44,323 nucleotides of DNA, filler included, from Jimgerdemannia flammicorona (GCA_003990765.1; 2 parts of 2 records of this genome joined end to end with filler, not necessarily neighbours in it); one strand, 5' to 3'; positions 1 to 11,830 are shown, numbered from the whole stretch's first letter. A program made the numbers and translations. The notes: generated by a model from the sequence alone, not told the origin.

Positions 1-3000
1 AAGGCCCAGCTAAGGGTCAGCCATTCATCCTCAACCCCATCCACTAATCACTGGCGAAGCACCCCCCATCTCCCCCCTCCCTCCCCTCCCCCAGCCCCCG
101 ACCCAACCCTGTCCATAATACAACTCCAGAACTTCTCCAAAACCTCACACTCTCCAAGCCAATGTTCAGGCATTTGTACCACTCCTCCCTTCTGATCAAC
201 ATTGAAACAATCCTTGCACTCAAATACTCCACCATCCACCAAGTGACCAGACTGATAGTTCAGTATCATATTCCACCATAGGACCCGCCACCATGCCAAC
301 CAGAACTTGGGGGGCAGCCACTGCCTCACCTGTTTGCACCAAAGCCAGAGCCCATTCCAATCCCACTCTTCCCCTATTCTAACCCTCTGCCAGGCTTCAG
401 GCCACAGGTCACCACCTAGGCCTCGCAGACACTCCAGACCCTCGCCAAGCTGAAAGTCCTCCACCAAAACGCCACCTAACAGAAGCCTGTCCCATCTCCA
501 CATCCATGGTCCCCAAACCTCCTCGGTCTCATCACCTCGCTACCGAAGACCAATTTTCTTAGCACTATCCACTGCTCCCCACCAAAAGTCTGTAAACCTC
601 ATCCTCCGGCTCCCATCTATGGCCACCATTGCAAGCAGGTCACCGGAACCACCACGTGGGGAGTATCGAACCTCCCACAGCCTCTGCATGAGTGGCACCC
701 ACTCCCGACCTCTAAGCTCACTCGCCCTCCAGAGCCACCAGGCCCTCAGACATAAAAACTGCTTAGTAAAGTCCACTAAGCCCAGCCCACCTCTTTCCAA
801 GGGCAGTGTGAGCACCTCCCAACCAATCTGGCTCCACCGCCCTCCCCAAATCCATGACCTCGCCATCTTCAACAACCCCTTAACCACCCAAGGTGGGAAA
901 TCCAAATGATATCCAACATACCACAGCTTCGGCATCCAGTACACATTCAACACCATCACCCTTCTGGCAAGGGACATATGCCGGCCTCCCCACCACGTCA
1001 AGACATCACCCCACTCCAGCAGTTTATGGTCCCACCATGCCCGGGGAAGAAGAGATCCGAACACCAAGAAGTAGATCTCCAAATAGTGCACCGGTTCACC
1101 AGCCGGAACCACCATCCCAATAACATTGCCACCAACAATTCCAGCGCCCAGCACCAGTGTCTCGCATTTATGCCAGTTCAGTTTGGCACCAGAACCCCAC
1201 TCATACCATTCCACCATCCTCTGCAACTCACCAACATCCCCCAAGGAACCCAGTCCAACCACCATATCATCAGCAAAGGCCCCCACCTTCCAGTTCACCC
1301 CCAAAATGTCCAAACCTCCAATCTTATGCTGAATCCTGTCCAGAAGCGGTTCCAGGGAAAGGGCATACAATATGGGTAACAAGGGGTCCCCTTGTGGCAC
1401 CCCCTGGCCCAGGGGGAAAGTCATCCCCTGGTGGCTATTGATGACCAATGCCACCTGACTGTCCTCCAAGAGGCCGATCAATGAACCTCGAAACCCCGGG
1501 GGGATACCAATCCGCTTCAGCACTCCCTCCAGCCATATTCTCCACACTCTATCATAAGCCTTCTCCTGATCCAGAAATACCAATCTACCATCCACCCCTA
1601 TAGCCCGGGTATCTTCAATCACACCATGAACCCAGGCTGTCCCATCTCGAATCAACTGACCACCGACAAACCCATGTTGCTCCAAACCAAGCACCTGCTG
1701 AGCAATCCCTTGCAACCTCAACACTAAGATCTTCATCACCAGTTTGCGGTCCATGTCCAGAAGCATGATTGGCTGCCAGTTCTTCCAATTCTCCCGTCTG
1801 CCCTTGTTCTTATATAGCAAGGAGACTAGCCCCAAGTGCTGTCCCCCAATCCAGACTCCAGACCGAAGAACTTCATCACACATAGCAATCATTTCCCCTA
1901 GAACCTCATGCACCCCTGTCATCCTCTGCCAAAAATCCCAGGGGAGTCCATCCTCTCCCAGGGCTGTCCCTTTACTCGTAGAGGCCACTACCTTGCAAAT
2001 CTCCTCACTGCTCACCGGGTCCCCCAACACTGCCAGTCCCAAGGCAGGGTTCAGGTGCCAATCCCCCAGCTGCCTTTCAATGTCCAGAGCATCCAGTCCC
2101 CCTTTATCCTTGCTCCAAAGGTTCTCCCACTGGGATCGCAATGAGCCCAAAATTGCCGGAGTCCCCTCCACTAGCTCACTATTCTCATCCAAAACATCCT
2201 CCCACTGCTGCCTCATTTATCATGCTTGTAACAACCATGACAAGAACCTGGTAGGTCTCTCCCCTTCCTCAAGCCCCTGCCATCGCAAGCAGGCCACCAT
2301 CCCCTGCAGCTGCTCCTCTTCCTCCCTTTGGAGCACCCCTTTGAGCTCCTCCACCTCCCGCCGGATTCTCGCAATATACCAATCAGCCTCGGCCCTATTC
2401 TCCAGCACACCTGCCCATCTTTCCATGAGTGCTGCCAGATACCACAAGGCCCACATCACCTGCCGCCTTCGCTGGGCACTCTTCCCTTTCCCCGCTTCCC
2501 TCTAATACCCCTGAGCCTTCACCTTCAACCTTCTCTAGCAGTCCCTAATTGCCAGTCCTTGATCCTGCCACCTGCTGATATCTTCAACCACCTCCTTTTC
2601 CCAACCCTCCCACAACGTCCTATCCTCTAACAAGGAAGAATTTAGCCACCAATGTCTGGGCCCATCCTCATTTCCCCCAAACCTCCCTCCTCCAAGCAAC
2701 CCCCAGTGATCAGACCATGGACACCATACGACTCCCAGCACCATCCAGACATCCGCCCCCCAATACTCTGCTGTTAGAACCCAGTCAATCCTAGAGCCCA
2801 GTCCAGCTGCCCAATGGGTATACACCCACTGATCAGCTCAAAAATATCTCCCTGAGTCTACTAAAGAACACAGCCTTTCCATCTCCAACCAGTCTGCCAA
2901 CCCACCACTTTCCCCTCGCATGCCTCTCCCTCTATCAGTTCTGTCCAACTTCTTATCCTGTACCATGTTGAAGTCCCCCCCCATATAGTCAAACCCAATG

Positions 3001-3387
3001 TTTCCCAATAAACCAGCCTCTTTCAGTCCACGAATCCAGTCCACTCTCTCCCCTCTTTCAGCTGGGCAGTAACAAGACCCAACCATCAGCAAGCCCCATC
3101 CAGGCCTCTCCATACTCCCCACACTACCCGCAACCCCCAGTATCCAATGTCCCCAATGTCCCCCATCCCTTTCCAAACAAGAATACCCACTTTCCCCCTC
3201 CAAACTGCTGTACCCCCCCCCATTCCTTAGTCCAATCCTGTAAATCCATGTCTGTATCATACCGAACATCCTGTAACAAGAAGAGGTCTGCATCCAAACC
3301 CTGAAGCCAACCAAAGATGAACTTCCTCCTAGCCGCCCCCCATAACCCATTAATGTTCAATGAGAATATCCTAGTTATACTGTTCAT
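1..3387 (-). pseudogene. LINE ORF2 (APE endonuclease, reverse transcriptase, C-terminal Cys/His domain), broken by frameshifts and stops
   Basis: APE motifs IFSLNINGL, LLQD, GGDFN, RIDWVL, WSDH (3387-2700). RT motifs LDQEKAYDRV, GVPQGDPL, AFADDM (540-2216). C-terminal ECKDC...EHWLGEC (48-503). Confidence 0.95.
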
Positions 3388-3418
3388 ATTGAATAGATAT
3401 TGTAGAAGAGACCCCAGC

Positions 3419-5335
3419 CTATAATTCCATGCTCATCTCATCCCTCGCCACATCCAAGCGCCGCTCAGCTTCCAACTCATCCTCTGCAATATCCCGAGCT
3501 TCCAGTGCCCCCAAGATTTCCTGATACTCCACCCTGTCCACCTCCTCCATATCCACCCTGTAATCCAAGCAGACAGCACACCACTTCTCTAGTCCCTTCC
3601 TCAAGTTCCACAAGAAAAGCACCCTGTCACTCACAATCCTTCTAAGCTCCTCCTCCCGCTGATTGTCCACCTGATACTCAACAGACTCCAGGAGGACAGC
3701 CAGGATCTCATTCCTCATCTTCCTCGGCACCTCTTCCCCATGTAGAATCTCCTCCCAATGCCTCTCCTCCATCACTCTAAAGTCCTCACCCCCCAGCTCT
3801 TCAGCCGCCACCCCTTCCAGGGTCTTCCACATCCACTTCTCCTCATCCACTGCCTCCGCCGCCCCCTGGGCGATTTGTCCACCATCCACCTCGGGGTCCA
3901 CCAGTGCGCTCCTCCTCACTGACTCATCCCACTCCTCATCCGGCACATCCATCAGCTCCTCCTCACCTTCTGCCCCATCTGGAACACTATACTGAGGGTG
4001 CACACCCTCACCCATTTCGGCATCCACCTCCAAATTGCCCTCCCTCCTCTCCCTACCTCCAATCTGATTGCTGCCCTGGGCCAACCCTCCCCCCTCAGCC
4101 CAGGCACTCTCCTGCGACCCTGCAACTCCCTCCCTTGAGCTTCCTCCAGCCCCATCCCCACCCAACTTCACCAACAACTCCTTCTGGATCCTCCTCCCCT
4201 GCATCTTTTCCCAGGCCCCCTTCTCCATCCTGACCCTCTTCCCATCCACTTCTCCCACAACCATCCTGGCCTCAAACTCCTTCCAGGCCAATCTCCTCCT
4301 CACCACTGCCCCTTCCAGGTCCTCCAGAGCCTCCAACAGGTCTTTCTCCTCCTCTGGAGTCCCCTTCACCCTGGTGACCTTACACTCCACCTGCCCCCAC
4401 CTCAGTGCTGCCAGCCAGTCCCTCGACTTCCCCATATTCTCCTTCCTAGCCAGCCTCACCCTAATATCTACATCACCTGTCCTAAGCTCCATGCCCTCCC
4501 AGACCTTGAATCCAACATCCACAATCTTACCATACTCCTTGATCACCTCCACAACCAGTTCCCTTGTCCACTCCTTCGACACCATAGGGAGATCCAGGAC
4601 TGTCAGCTGCACCACTCGGGGGTCCCACCACATGCACCAGGCCATAGGGACCACAACCCTGCCAACTGTCACCCCCTTCTCCATGGCTGCCAACAAGGTG
4701 TCTTCCTCCTCAAACCCTACCTCCACCCCTTCTTTACCCCTCAAAAACTTCACTGATGCAGCCCCCTTAGCCTCCTGCACTACAAGCCCCAAGATCATCC
4801 TTGCTATCACTGCCAAGCCCCGGAAGCACATCATGACTGTAAATTCCGACCTTGACTTCTTGAGTAATGGGGCTGATACCATGCCTGTCACACCATCCGC
4901 CAGGTCCCCAGGTCTCGTGCCCACACCTTGACCCAAACCACCAACTGCCGTCATATCTGGATTTTTTGCCAGATCCCCAGTCACAACCTCATCAGTAGTC
5001 ATATCGCTGGCCCCTACTCCCGCCCCTCCCCTGCTACCAGAGACACCCCTGGGTACCCCTCCCAAGCCTCCAGTGGCCGCTGTCGATGCCTTCCCCAAGC
5101 CCAGCCAACTATCCAAGCCTGAGGCCATCTTCCCCATTCTGACCTTGTCAGTGAAGGTCGACCTCTCCCCACCACGCTGCCTCAGCCCGCCTCTCCCTCT
5201 ACTACCAGGACCTCAGCCAGCCATCAAGGCCCCCGGTATCCCCAAACCATCTCCCCTCCTCTCCACCTGCTGCCAGCCAAAGGCACCAGCACTCCCCTGG
5301 CCAGTATGCTCACCAGTTTGAACATCGCCATCTAT
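3419..5335 (-). pseudogene. LINE ORF1 (RRM-like region plus acidic/helical C-terminus)
   Basis: 572 aa open at 3419-5137 and homologous to ORF1 at 30646-31593 (VEVGFEEED vs VEIGFVEED). The likely original start caacATG has decayed to caacATA at 5335. A 31-nt spacer separates it from the ORF2 ATG at 3387. Confidence 0.85.
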
Positions 5336-5459
5336 GTTGATAGTTACTGAACACCAAAAACATTGCAAAAAGTGTTGTCAAAGTCTTGTGTCACCTGAAT
5401 GTTATTGGTGAAAGGGTTGCCAGTGCATCATCCATATCATCATCATTATTGTCATTATC

Positions 5460-7270
5460 ATCAGGAGATAATAAGGAAGGGGAATGGGGGGAACAGTTGC
5501 CATTTTCAGGAGTTCAGGCCACCAGCTCTGTTATTGCCAAAATATCATGATGAGGACTAGACAAGCACATCTGTTCTCCTTGACCTTGTACAGTATGCAG
5601 TTGAAGAGGATCCATGGCAGGTTTGTATAAATACCAGAGGTCAGCTATTGATGTTGGAAAGCATCAGTGCCCAGGGCCTCAGGGTCTACAAGAGGGGGGT
5701 CTGGGTTATTGTCTGTGATGCAAAGAGGTCTAGGTGTATGGGACCCCAATAGAGGAGATGATGGAATATCATCAGGTTGAGTTGCCATTTATCCAGACTG
5801 GGGCAGATGTGGCTTAGAAAATCAGCATATATATTTTCGATCCTGGGAATGTATTTGGCAAAGAGATGTATCCTCCTCATTGTATAGATGTAGTATATCT
5901 TAACAGCAATCTCATTCAGGTAGAGGAGAGAGCCCCCTTACTTATTGATGAAAGCTCTCATGGTCATGTTATCTATCTGAAAGAGGACCATACAGCCCTC
6001 TCAATGGTGGTTGTTGATCTGGAGTACAAACAGGACTGTCTTAAGTTCACAGTAGTTGATAGGTGGCATTATTCTGTAGGGATCCAAGTGTCTGTCACTT
6101 GCTGTATCACTTGGCTGGCAGATATGGAAGTAGTGATTTCGAAGCCCCAACCTAAGTCACTGGCATCTATATTGACTGTGACCTCGGGGTGTTCAGTAAG
6201 TAGAGACCAGCCATTCCAGCTGGAGAGCTTGAGGGACCACTAATGGAGGTCCTCCTGAGATGTTAGAGAGATGAACATGAGACCATTCCAGTTGTAGTTA
6301 TTGGTATTTAGGGAGTCCTAGATGTCCCAAATGAGGGACTATACTCAAAACCAGGCCAGAAATATCACCTGTACTGTAGAGTTACAAAGACCAACCAGTG
6401 ATGCTATCTTGCATATGGGGATCACAGTCAGCAGGCAGAAGAGGGATGTAGTTTCTTTGTGGATCTTGCATACCTTGTCCTTGAGTAAGCAGAGTTCCAT
6501 GTTAATGGTATTGACCAGAAACCCCAGGAATATCTGTTACTGTATGGGTTCCCATATATATTTCATTAGGTGTAGAAGAAAGCCCAACATCTCCAGATGG
6601 TTGTGAATTATCCTCCCATATCAGAGCACTTTGTCCCTTATAGAGGCCAGGAGATATATATCATCTATATAATAGATGAGCTAGATACCTCTTGCTCAAA
6701 GAGACTCCAGAACTGCTACCATTATCTTCATCCAGATGTATAGGGCAGATGATAGGCCAAATAGCATGGTACAGAATTTCCAGTTGATCTTCTACTACTG
6801 AAAGGCAAGGAACTATTGATTGGCTGGGTGTAAGGGAATGTATAGATAGACATCCTTTATGTCAATCTTGATGAGATAGTCACCAGGCTGGACCATATAG
6901 CATAGGGTCTGGATACCTTCCATCTTGAAGTGCAATCACCTCATGAACTCATTCAGCAAATGGGTATTGAGGCAGGCTTGGTTCTTGTCAACCTGGGGGA
7001 TTGTGAAGATGTTAGAGAAGAAGAGTAGCTCCCCATCCTGAGCAGGGTAGATGGCCTCCTTGTCTTAGAACTCAGCAATGGCAGTGTCTACCAGGGCCTT
7101 CTCCATTGCTGACATGTCTTTCTTATAGGAGAACCTGGGTTTGATTCAGAGTGGGATTGGGGTTTGTAACCATTTAATATAGTTCTTGCCATGGACTGTA
7201 TCAATGGCTCAGTGGTCAATGCCCAGGGTCATCCAAATGGTCTCAGGGACCTGGGCTAACCATACTCCCA
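5460..7270 (-). pseudogene. DIRS RT-RNase H-DAM-like methyltransferase ORF remnant
   Basis: Manual translation gives HFKMEG (~6925), KIDIKD (~6860), MLFGLSSA (~6755), YIDD (6660-6671), IDASDLGWG (~6160), YIPRIENIYADFLS (~5830), DLFAS (~5725), YTNLPW (NPPW-like, ~5620) and FWQxQSWWPELLKM (~5520). Confidence 0.88.
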
Positions 7271-7329
7271 TCTTTGAGATGATATTTGAGGTCTTGGGGG
7301 TGATAGTATGGTAGATCAATTGGTCCTTC

Positions 7330-9192
7330 AGAGTTGAGCAGCAGGTGTTGACATGCTGTTACCTGGATTCAGAGCTCAGTACTGAGAACCTCCTTGGCTG
7401 TATATACTTGGAGTGCAGTTCCAGGAGCTCTGTTGTTGAGAATTTTGGTAGTCAGGGTGGTGGCTGCCCCAGGACCCATTTCCTCAGCTATGACCATTGG
7501 GGCCATGAGATGGGGTTGGATTACCTCTTGGTTTAGAGATTGCCTTGACTACAAGGAGATACTTGTGGTGTTTGGTGTAATAACTCTCACTTCTATCCCT
7601 CTCTTATCCTTTGGATAATTAGGGAAGTGGACTATTACTTAGGGACTTAGTATATAATGTGTACCAAGAAGCCTTCAGTTTGAGGAAGCACTCGCTTATA
7701 AGTAGTTGTAGTGGCAGTGCCTTATCTTTCAAAGGTCTTTTCTGGTTTGCCTTCTGTTTCAAAGGTCTTTCTCTTGTGCCCTATTTCGAGGGTCTTGTTC
7801 TTTGCTGTGCACAGACTGAATTCACCTTGGAATTTAGGTTCAATGGGTTTACTTAAGTCTTTGGGGATTTATATACTGGTCACAGTTCTGGCAGAAGTTA
7901 GCTAGGCTTCTGGAGTTTAGTCAGAAACACTAGAGTCACTTAGATGTCATTACTAAGACTCAGGGGAATGTGTGTGTGTGGGGGGACTTGATTCTTGTAT
8001 CAAGGACTGAACTAAAACTGCTTTATTTCAAATAAAAACTGGGGGGTATTTATACAAGTTGGTCCGTGATTTCTGACTAAGTATGAGTGACTAATTTGGT
8101 AACTATAATGAGGTTTGTGATCACCACCTTTGTCAGGTGGTTTTTGGTAAAAACAACTTTGTGATCAGGACCTCAATTACTAGGCAATGATCAGCAACTG
8201 TGGCAACTGTTGCTGTGGTGCCAATTGTTGGGGATAAGCTAAATATCATTTTCCGCATCGTTCGTTTGCATCGTTATTCATATGCCGCGCTCGATCGTAT
8301 GATGACATCATCACCGGGTCACGTGATCGTTCATCGTTCGTCGTTCATCATTCATCGTTCTATTACATTTGGTATCATCGTAAAAATGGTGGGTGAATTC
8401 AGTGCTGAACAGATTGCCATCATACTCGAAGCCAGAAGCTACTGTGTGGCAGGCAGAGATGAGGGCAGGTGACCATCCTGCAGATTTGGCGAGTTTGATG
8501 TAGTGGTGGATACAGATATGTTCCACTTCATGAAATCCGATCTGGAGAGAGTCTTGCAGTTTTTCCACCAAAGGAGGAATGACATCATTGTGGACTAGCC
8601 TATAGTGGTGGAGATTGGCTCTATCAGAGCAAGATTTGAGGGCCTGGAGAGTGATGGTGATGGGCCAGAGGGTGTTGTAGATTGCTTATTAGGTGTCAGT
8701 AAGAACCTTGTCTGCTTCTTTGGTGGATTTGCTGAAATCATCTGTGAATGCTTTGTCAATAGAGGGAGTATAGAGAACACTCTTTTTGGGTTCAGAGTTT
8801 CAACAGAGGAGTTTCTTGAAACTGGCAGAGGAGAGGTGTGCTTCAATGTGTTCTGGTAGAATGGTATCAGTGAATATAGGGGATATGTGATATCTTCTGA
8901 TAGCCCAAGACTTGGCTGCTGTGAGGAATTCATCATCACTGCTGTCGGCATCATCATGGAGATCCATACTATTGGGATTCTCATTGAGTCCAAGGACTGC
9001 AGGGACAGAATATCAGGAATGCTGAAGGAAAAGGGCATCGATGAGGTGATATTGGTTACACCAGGTTGTGATCTCTAGATCTGGCAGAGGAGGGCAGAGG
9101 CTGACCATGACAGTCTCAGTGACCTGGTGAAGGAACTCAGTGTGCTTGGCCAGGGCAGCCTGTTGTTGTTAAAGGAGTTGTTCATTGCTCAT
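7330..9192 (-). pseudogene. DIRS gag-like ORF1 remnant, split by the solo LTR
   Basis: Reads MSNEQ...PKKSVLYTPSID...EADKVLTD...LWPIT...GNLFSTEF...FYDDTK. After removing the LTR and one TSD it continues in frame as HHKYLLVVKAISKPRGNP. It lies directly upstream of the RT ORF. Confidence 0.65.
7576..8367 (-). mobile_element. Solo LTR (792 bp)
   Basis: Termini TGTAATA...TATTACA form a perfect 7-bp inverted repeat. 5-bp TSD TTTGG at 7571-7575 and 8368-8372. On the minus strand TATAAATA (8054-8047) precedes AATAAA (8027-8022). Confidence 0.92.
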
Positions 9193-9672
9193 AGTAATAT
9201 AATAAGAAAAGATTCTGTGGGTCATGAGAAGAGGCAAACTGCCAAGCTTTCAAAATGACTAAGAGACTCTGCAGGAGTCAAGATGTTCTTTTATTACCAT
9301 GTTTTATTGAAATGTCTCATATATATATGTCTCAGACAGAAGGAAATTTACATAGATAAACTCATATTTAAGACAAAATAAAGTATGCCAATACTTTCAG
9401 GATAGCAGAAGCCAACTCTGAAATAGTCCAGAACAAAGTAATGCTTAGTCTCTGTCTCTTAAATTACTATTACTAAAATATTGCTACTCTAACCTATGGC
9501 CAAATTGATAATATGGTACAAAACCTCAACTACAAATATATCAAGTATACTTAAACTACAGATAGACTCTTCATATATCCAGATGATCATATCCTGCAAA
9601 TGCCTCAAGTTAGATATATTATGAAGGATATATATAATATAATCTAGTTTAATAATAATAAATGATCCCTCT

Positions 9673-10875
9673 TACATATTCCTTTCTCTACTACCTTATT
9701 AGTTATAATGATTTGGTAGATAATCTTTCAAGTCTACTATCCATAATTTTATACCCTCTACCTCAGGTTAGTTTGCTATACCTGTTGTAGGGTAGTGGGA
9801 GAGAGGCAATAGTGATGAGTTGTCTCTTTATCAGTATCAGATCAGTATCTTCTCCACTTTTTTGCAATTTCTGGTACCTTTAGCTGCATCTAGAGTATAT
9901 CTGTTTTAGTACAGTGCCTTTTTTCTTTTGCTATCACCAATAAGGTACTTTCTCAGTATGTCATGGGCTATGTAGGGAGTCAGCTGACCTTGGGTATCAA
10001 GTGCTTAGTATAGGTTATCTGTAGGTCCTCAGTGCCTATGGTGGGGTCCTCTGGCTTTAGTAAGCTTCCTGGCAAGCATAGTTCTGACAGAGGTGACTGC
10101 TTCTTGGGTGTTGTTGAGATGGGAGAGGAGATGGCCATTACAGATAGAAGGAAGGGTAATTATGGTAAACCAGTAGAGTGCCAGACTGGGGACAGTCATC
10201 AGAGCTGGGGTGGATGCTGCTTTAGTGGGGTCTTTTGATTGATATAGAGCAGTTAGGTGGTAGGTGTCACTCTCAGCTTCTTTTGGTGATTCAGCAGATT
10301 GAGCTCTGGTTGTTGGGGGGGGTCAAGGGGCCCAAGGCTACCTATTTCAGATATCTTGGCTATACTTAACTAGAACTGAAAGCTGATATAGTAATATGAT
10401 CAAGACCTATAAGCTTGAGTAGTGGAGTATTGGGGGTCTCCTCTCACCTCATATATATATAAGTCCTTTATTCATCTCAACTAGGAGAACCAGGCCCTAC
10501 CCACTATGATATACTTTGATGAGAGTTTTTCTTTGCCTATCATTCTCTTTAGGGTGGCAGGGGCTATTCTATTTAGCTCAGACATGACCTTGTATATATG
10601 TTGGGATCTCAGATATATACTTTCAGTCATTGGTATATAACTGAGTTCCCCTTGGTAGTAGGGAGAGCATGGTATACAGAATGAGATATGGGCCAATATA
10701 GGCCCTACTGTGCCTGATATAGTCAAGCTGCTAGACAATATCTAGCCTAGATTAATGAGGGGGGGGGCAGTGCTTGATGGGTGGTGGGAGAGGGTTTTGG
10801 CCTATATAGTCTAGATTCTCTTCTAATAAAAATCTACAGAACATTGAGTCTGTTAAAAAAAAAAAAAAAAAAAAA
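9673..10875 (+). mobile_element. ~1.2-kb non-coding poly(A) retroposon, copy 1 (older, transition-decayed)
   Basis: Colinear with 17346-18536. AATAAA and poly(A) tail. TSD AATGATCCCTCT at 9661-9672 and 10879-10890. Confidence 0.9.
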
Positions 10876-10890
10876 GACAATGATCCCTCT

Positions 10891-11830
10891 GATATAGATA
10901 TGACCTCCAGCTAAGGATTCCTACTAACTCTGATCACTCTGCCAACCTTATAAATAAATTTACAACAGTTCATAACTATTTATAAGACTTATTGAGATAA
11001 TGATCACTGATATGAGTATTAATCTGCATTTATACCTGACTACTTTAACCATAATAAAAAGACTAGAGAATATAATCTATACCTTCAGACAACTCTTAAG
11101 ATAAAACTAACAACTTTATTTTCTGAGTATAAGCAATATAAAAAATAGCTGCCAGCTTACTATAACTCTGCAATATATAGTACTATAACCTACCAAAGAT
11201 ACACTAACAGTAAATTTAATAAAAGTAAAGATGATATAGCCATTCTTTATTCATCAATACCATAGTTAGTATATGAGACAAATGATGCCATTCAGTGGGA
11301 TGGTGACTTGGTTTCAATATATTACTATATAAATATACAGAGAGATATAATTCAAGAACTACTCTTTCTAAATGACTACTTTATCAGAGATAATATCATT
11401 GATAATGATCTCATTAAAGAGTATTCAGATAGTATCTAAACCTATAAATAGCTTAGCAGTCATTAGTATAGTTAGATTGACCTTATACTATATAACTATA
11501 TATTGACTTAGTAGTCAGTTAATCTCTTAATATATCAGTTCATACTTATATTATATAACTATATTCTGACCCATCAAGTACTAAAGTACTATATTCTTAT
11601 TTAGCATAGTCCAGATAGCCTTCTATTAGTATAAATACTCCCTTCCCCAGATCTCAGAAATTTAAAAAAACAGATAAGAATACTATCAAGAATACTTCTC
11701 CATACAATTATTCCTTTATATACTACTTCTAGTATTAGTCAATAGCAATATTATGAATAGTAAATAAATCTATTTAATAACTTACAAAATACTCTTAAGT
11801 AAAACTATTCTATATTAGATCTTACTCCTA
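10891..11830 (+). other. Unassigned AT-rich decayed coding-like sequence (continues from ~9400-9660 across the retroposon insertion)
   Basis: One frame reads YQRYTNSKFNKSKDDIAILYSSIP*LVYETNDAIQWDGDLVSIYYYINIQRDIIQELLFLNDYFIRDNII; no family recognised. Confidence 0.3.

Larger units (their letters stand above)
1..5414 (-). mobile_element. L1/Tx1-clade LINE, subfamily A, copy 1 (5' end present; 3' end runs off the window)
   Basis: ORF1 followed by an APE-RT-Cys/His ORF2. The 5' end CTTTCACCAATAACATTCAG (starting at 5414, minus strand) matches CTTTCTCCAGTAATATTCAG at 35168, the start of the TSD-bounded copy. Confidence 0.93.
5415..9350 (-). mobile_element. Decayed DIRS-type (tyrosine-recombinase class) retrotransposon; the YR gene is not in the window; right boundary approximate
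   Basis: gag-like ORF plus RT-RNaseH-MT ORF remnants. Cut on the left by LINE copy 1 and interrupted by a solo LTR. Confidence 0.85.

Noticed and set aside
540..2216. RT as a bacterial retron, DGR, group II intron or defence RT
   Set aside because: It is fused downstream of an APE endonuclease and ORF1, and sister copies have poly(A) tails and TSDs, so it is a eukaryotic LINE.
4068..4931. Long Ser/Pro/Thr-rich plus-strand ORFs (also 1744-2505, 30704-31492, and 35541-36179 on the minus strand)
   Set aside because: They are antisense shadows of the G-rich LINE ORFs and have no independent motifs.
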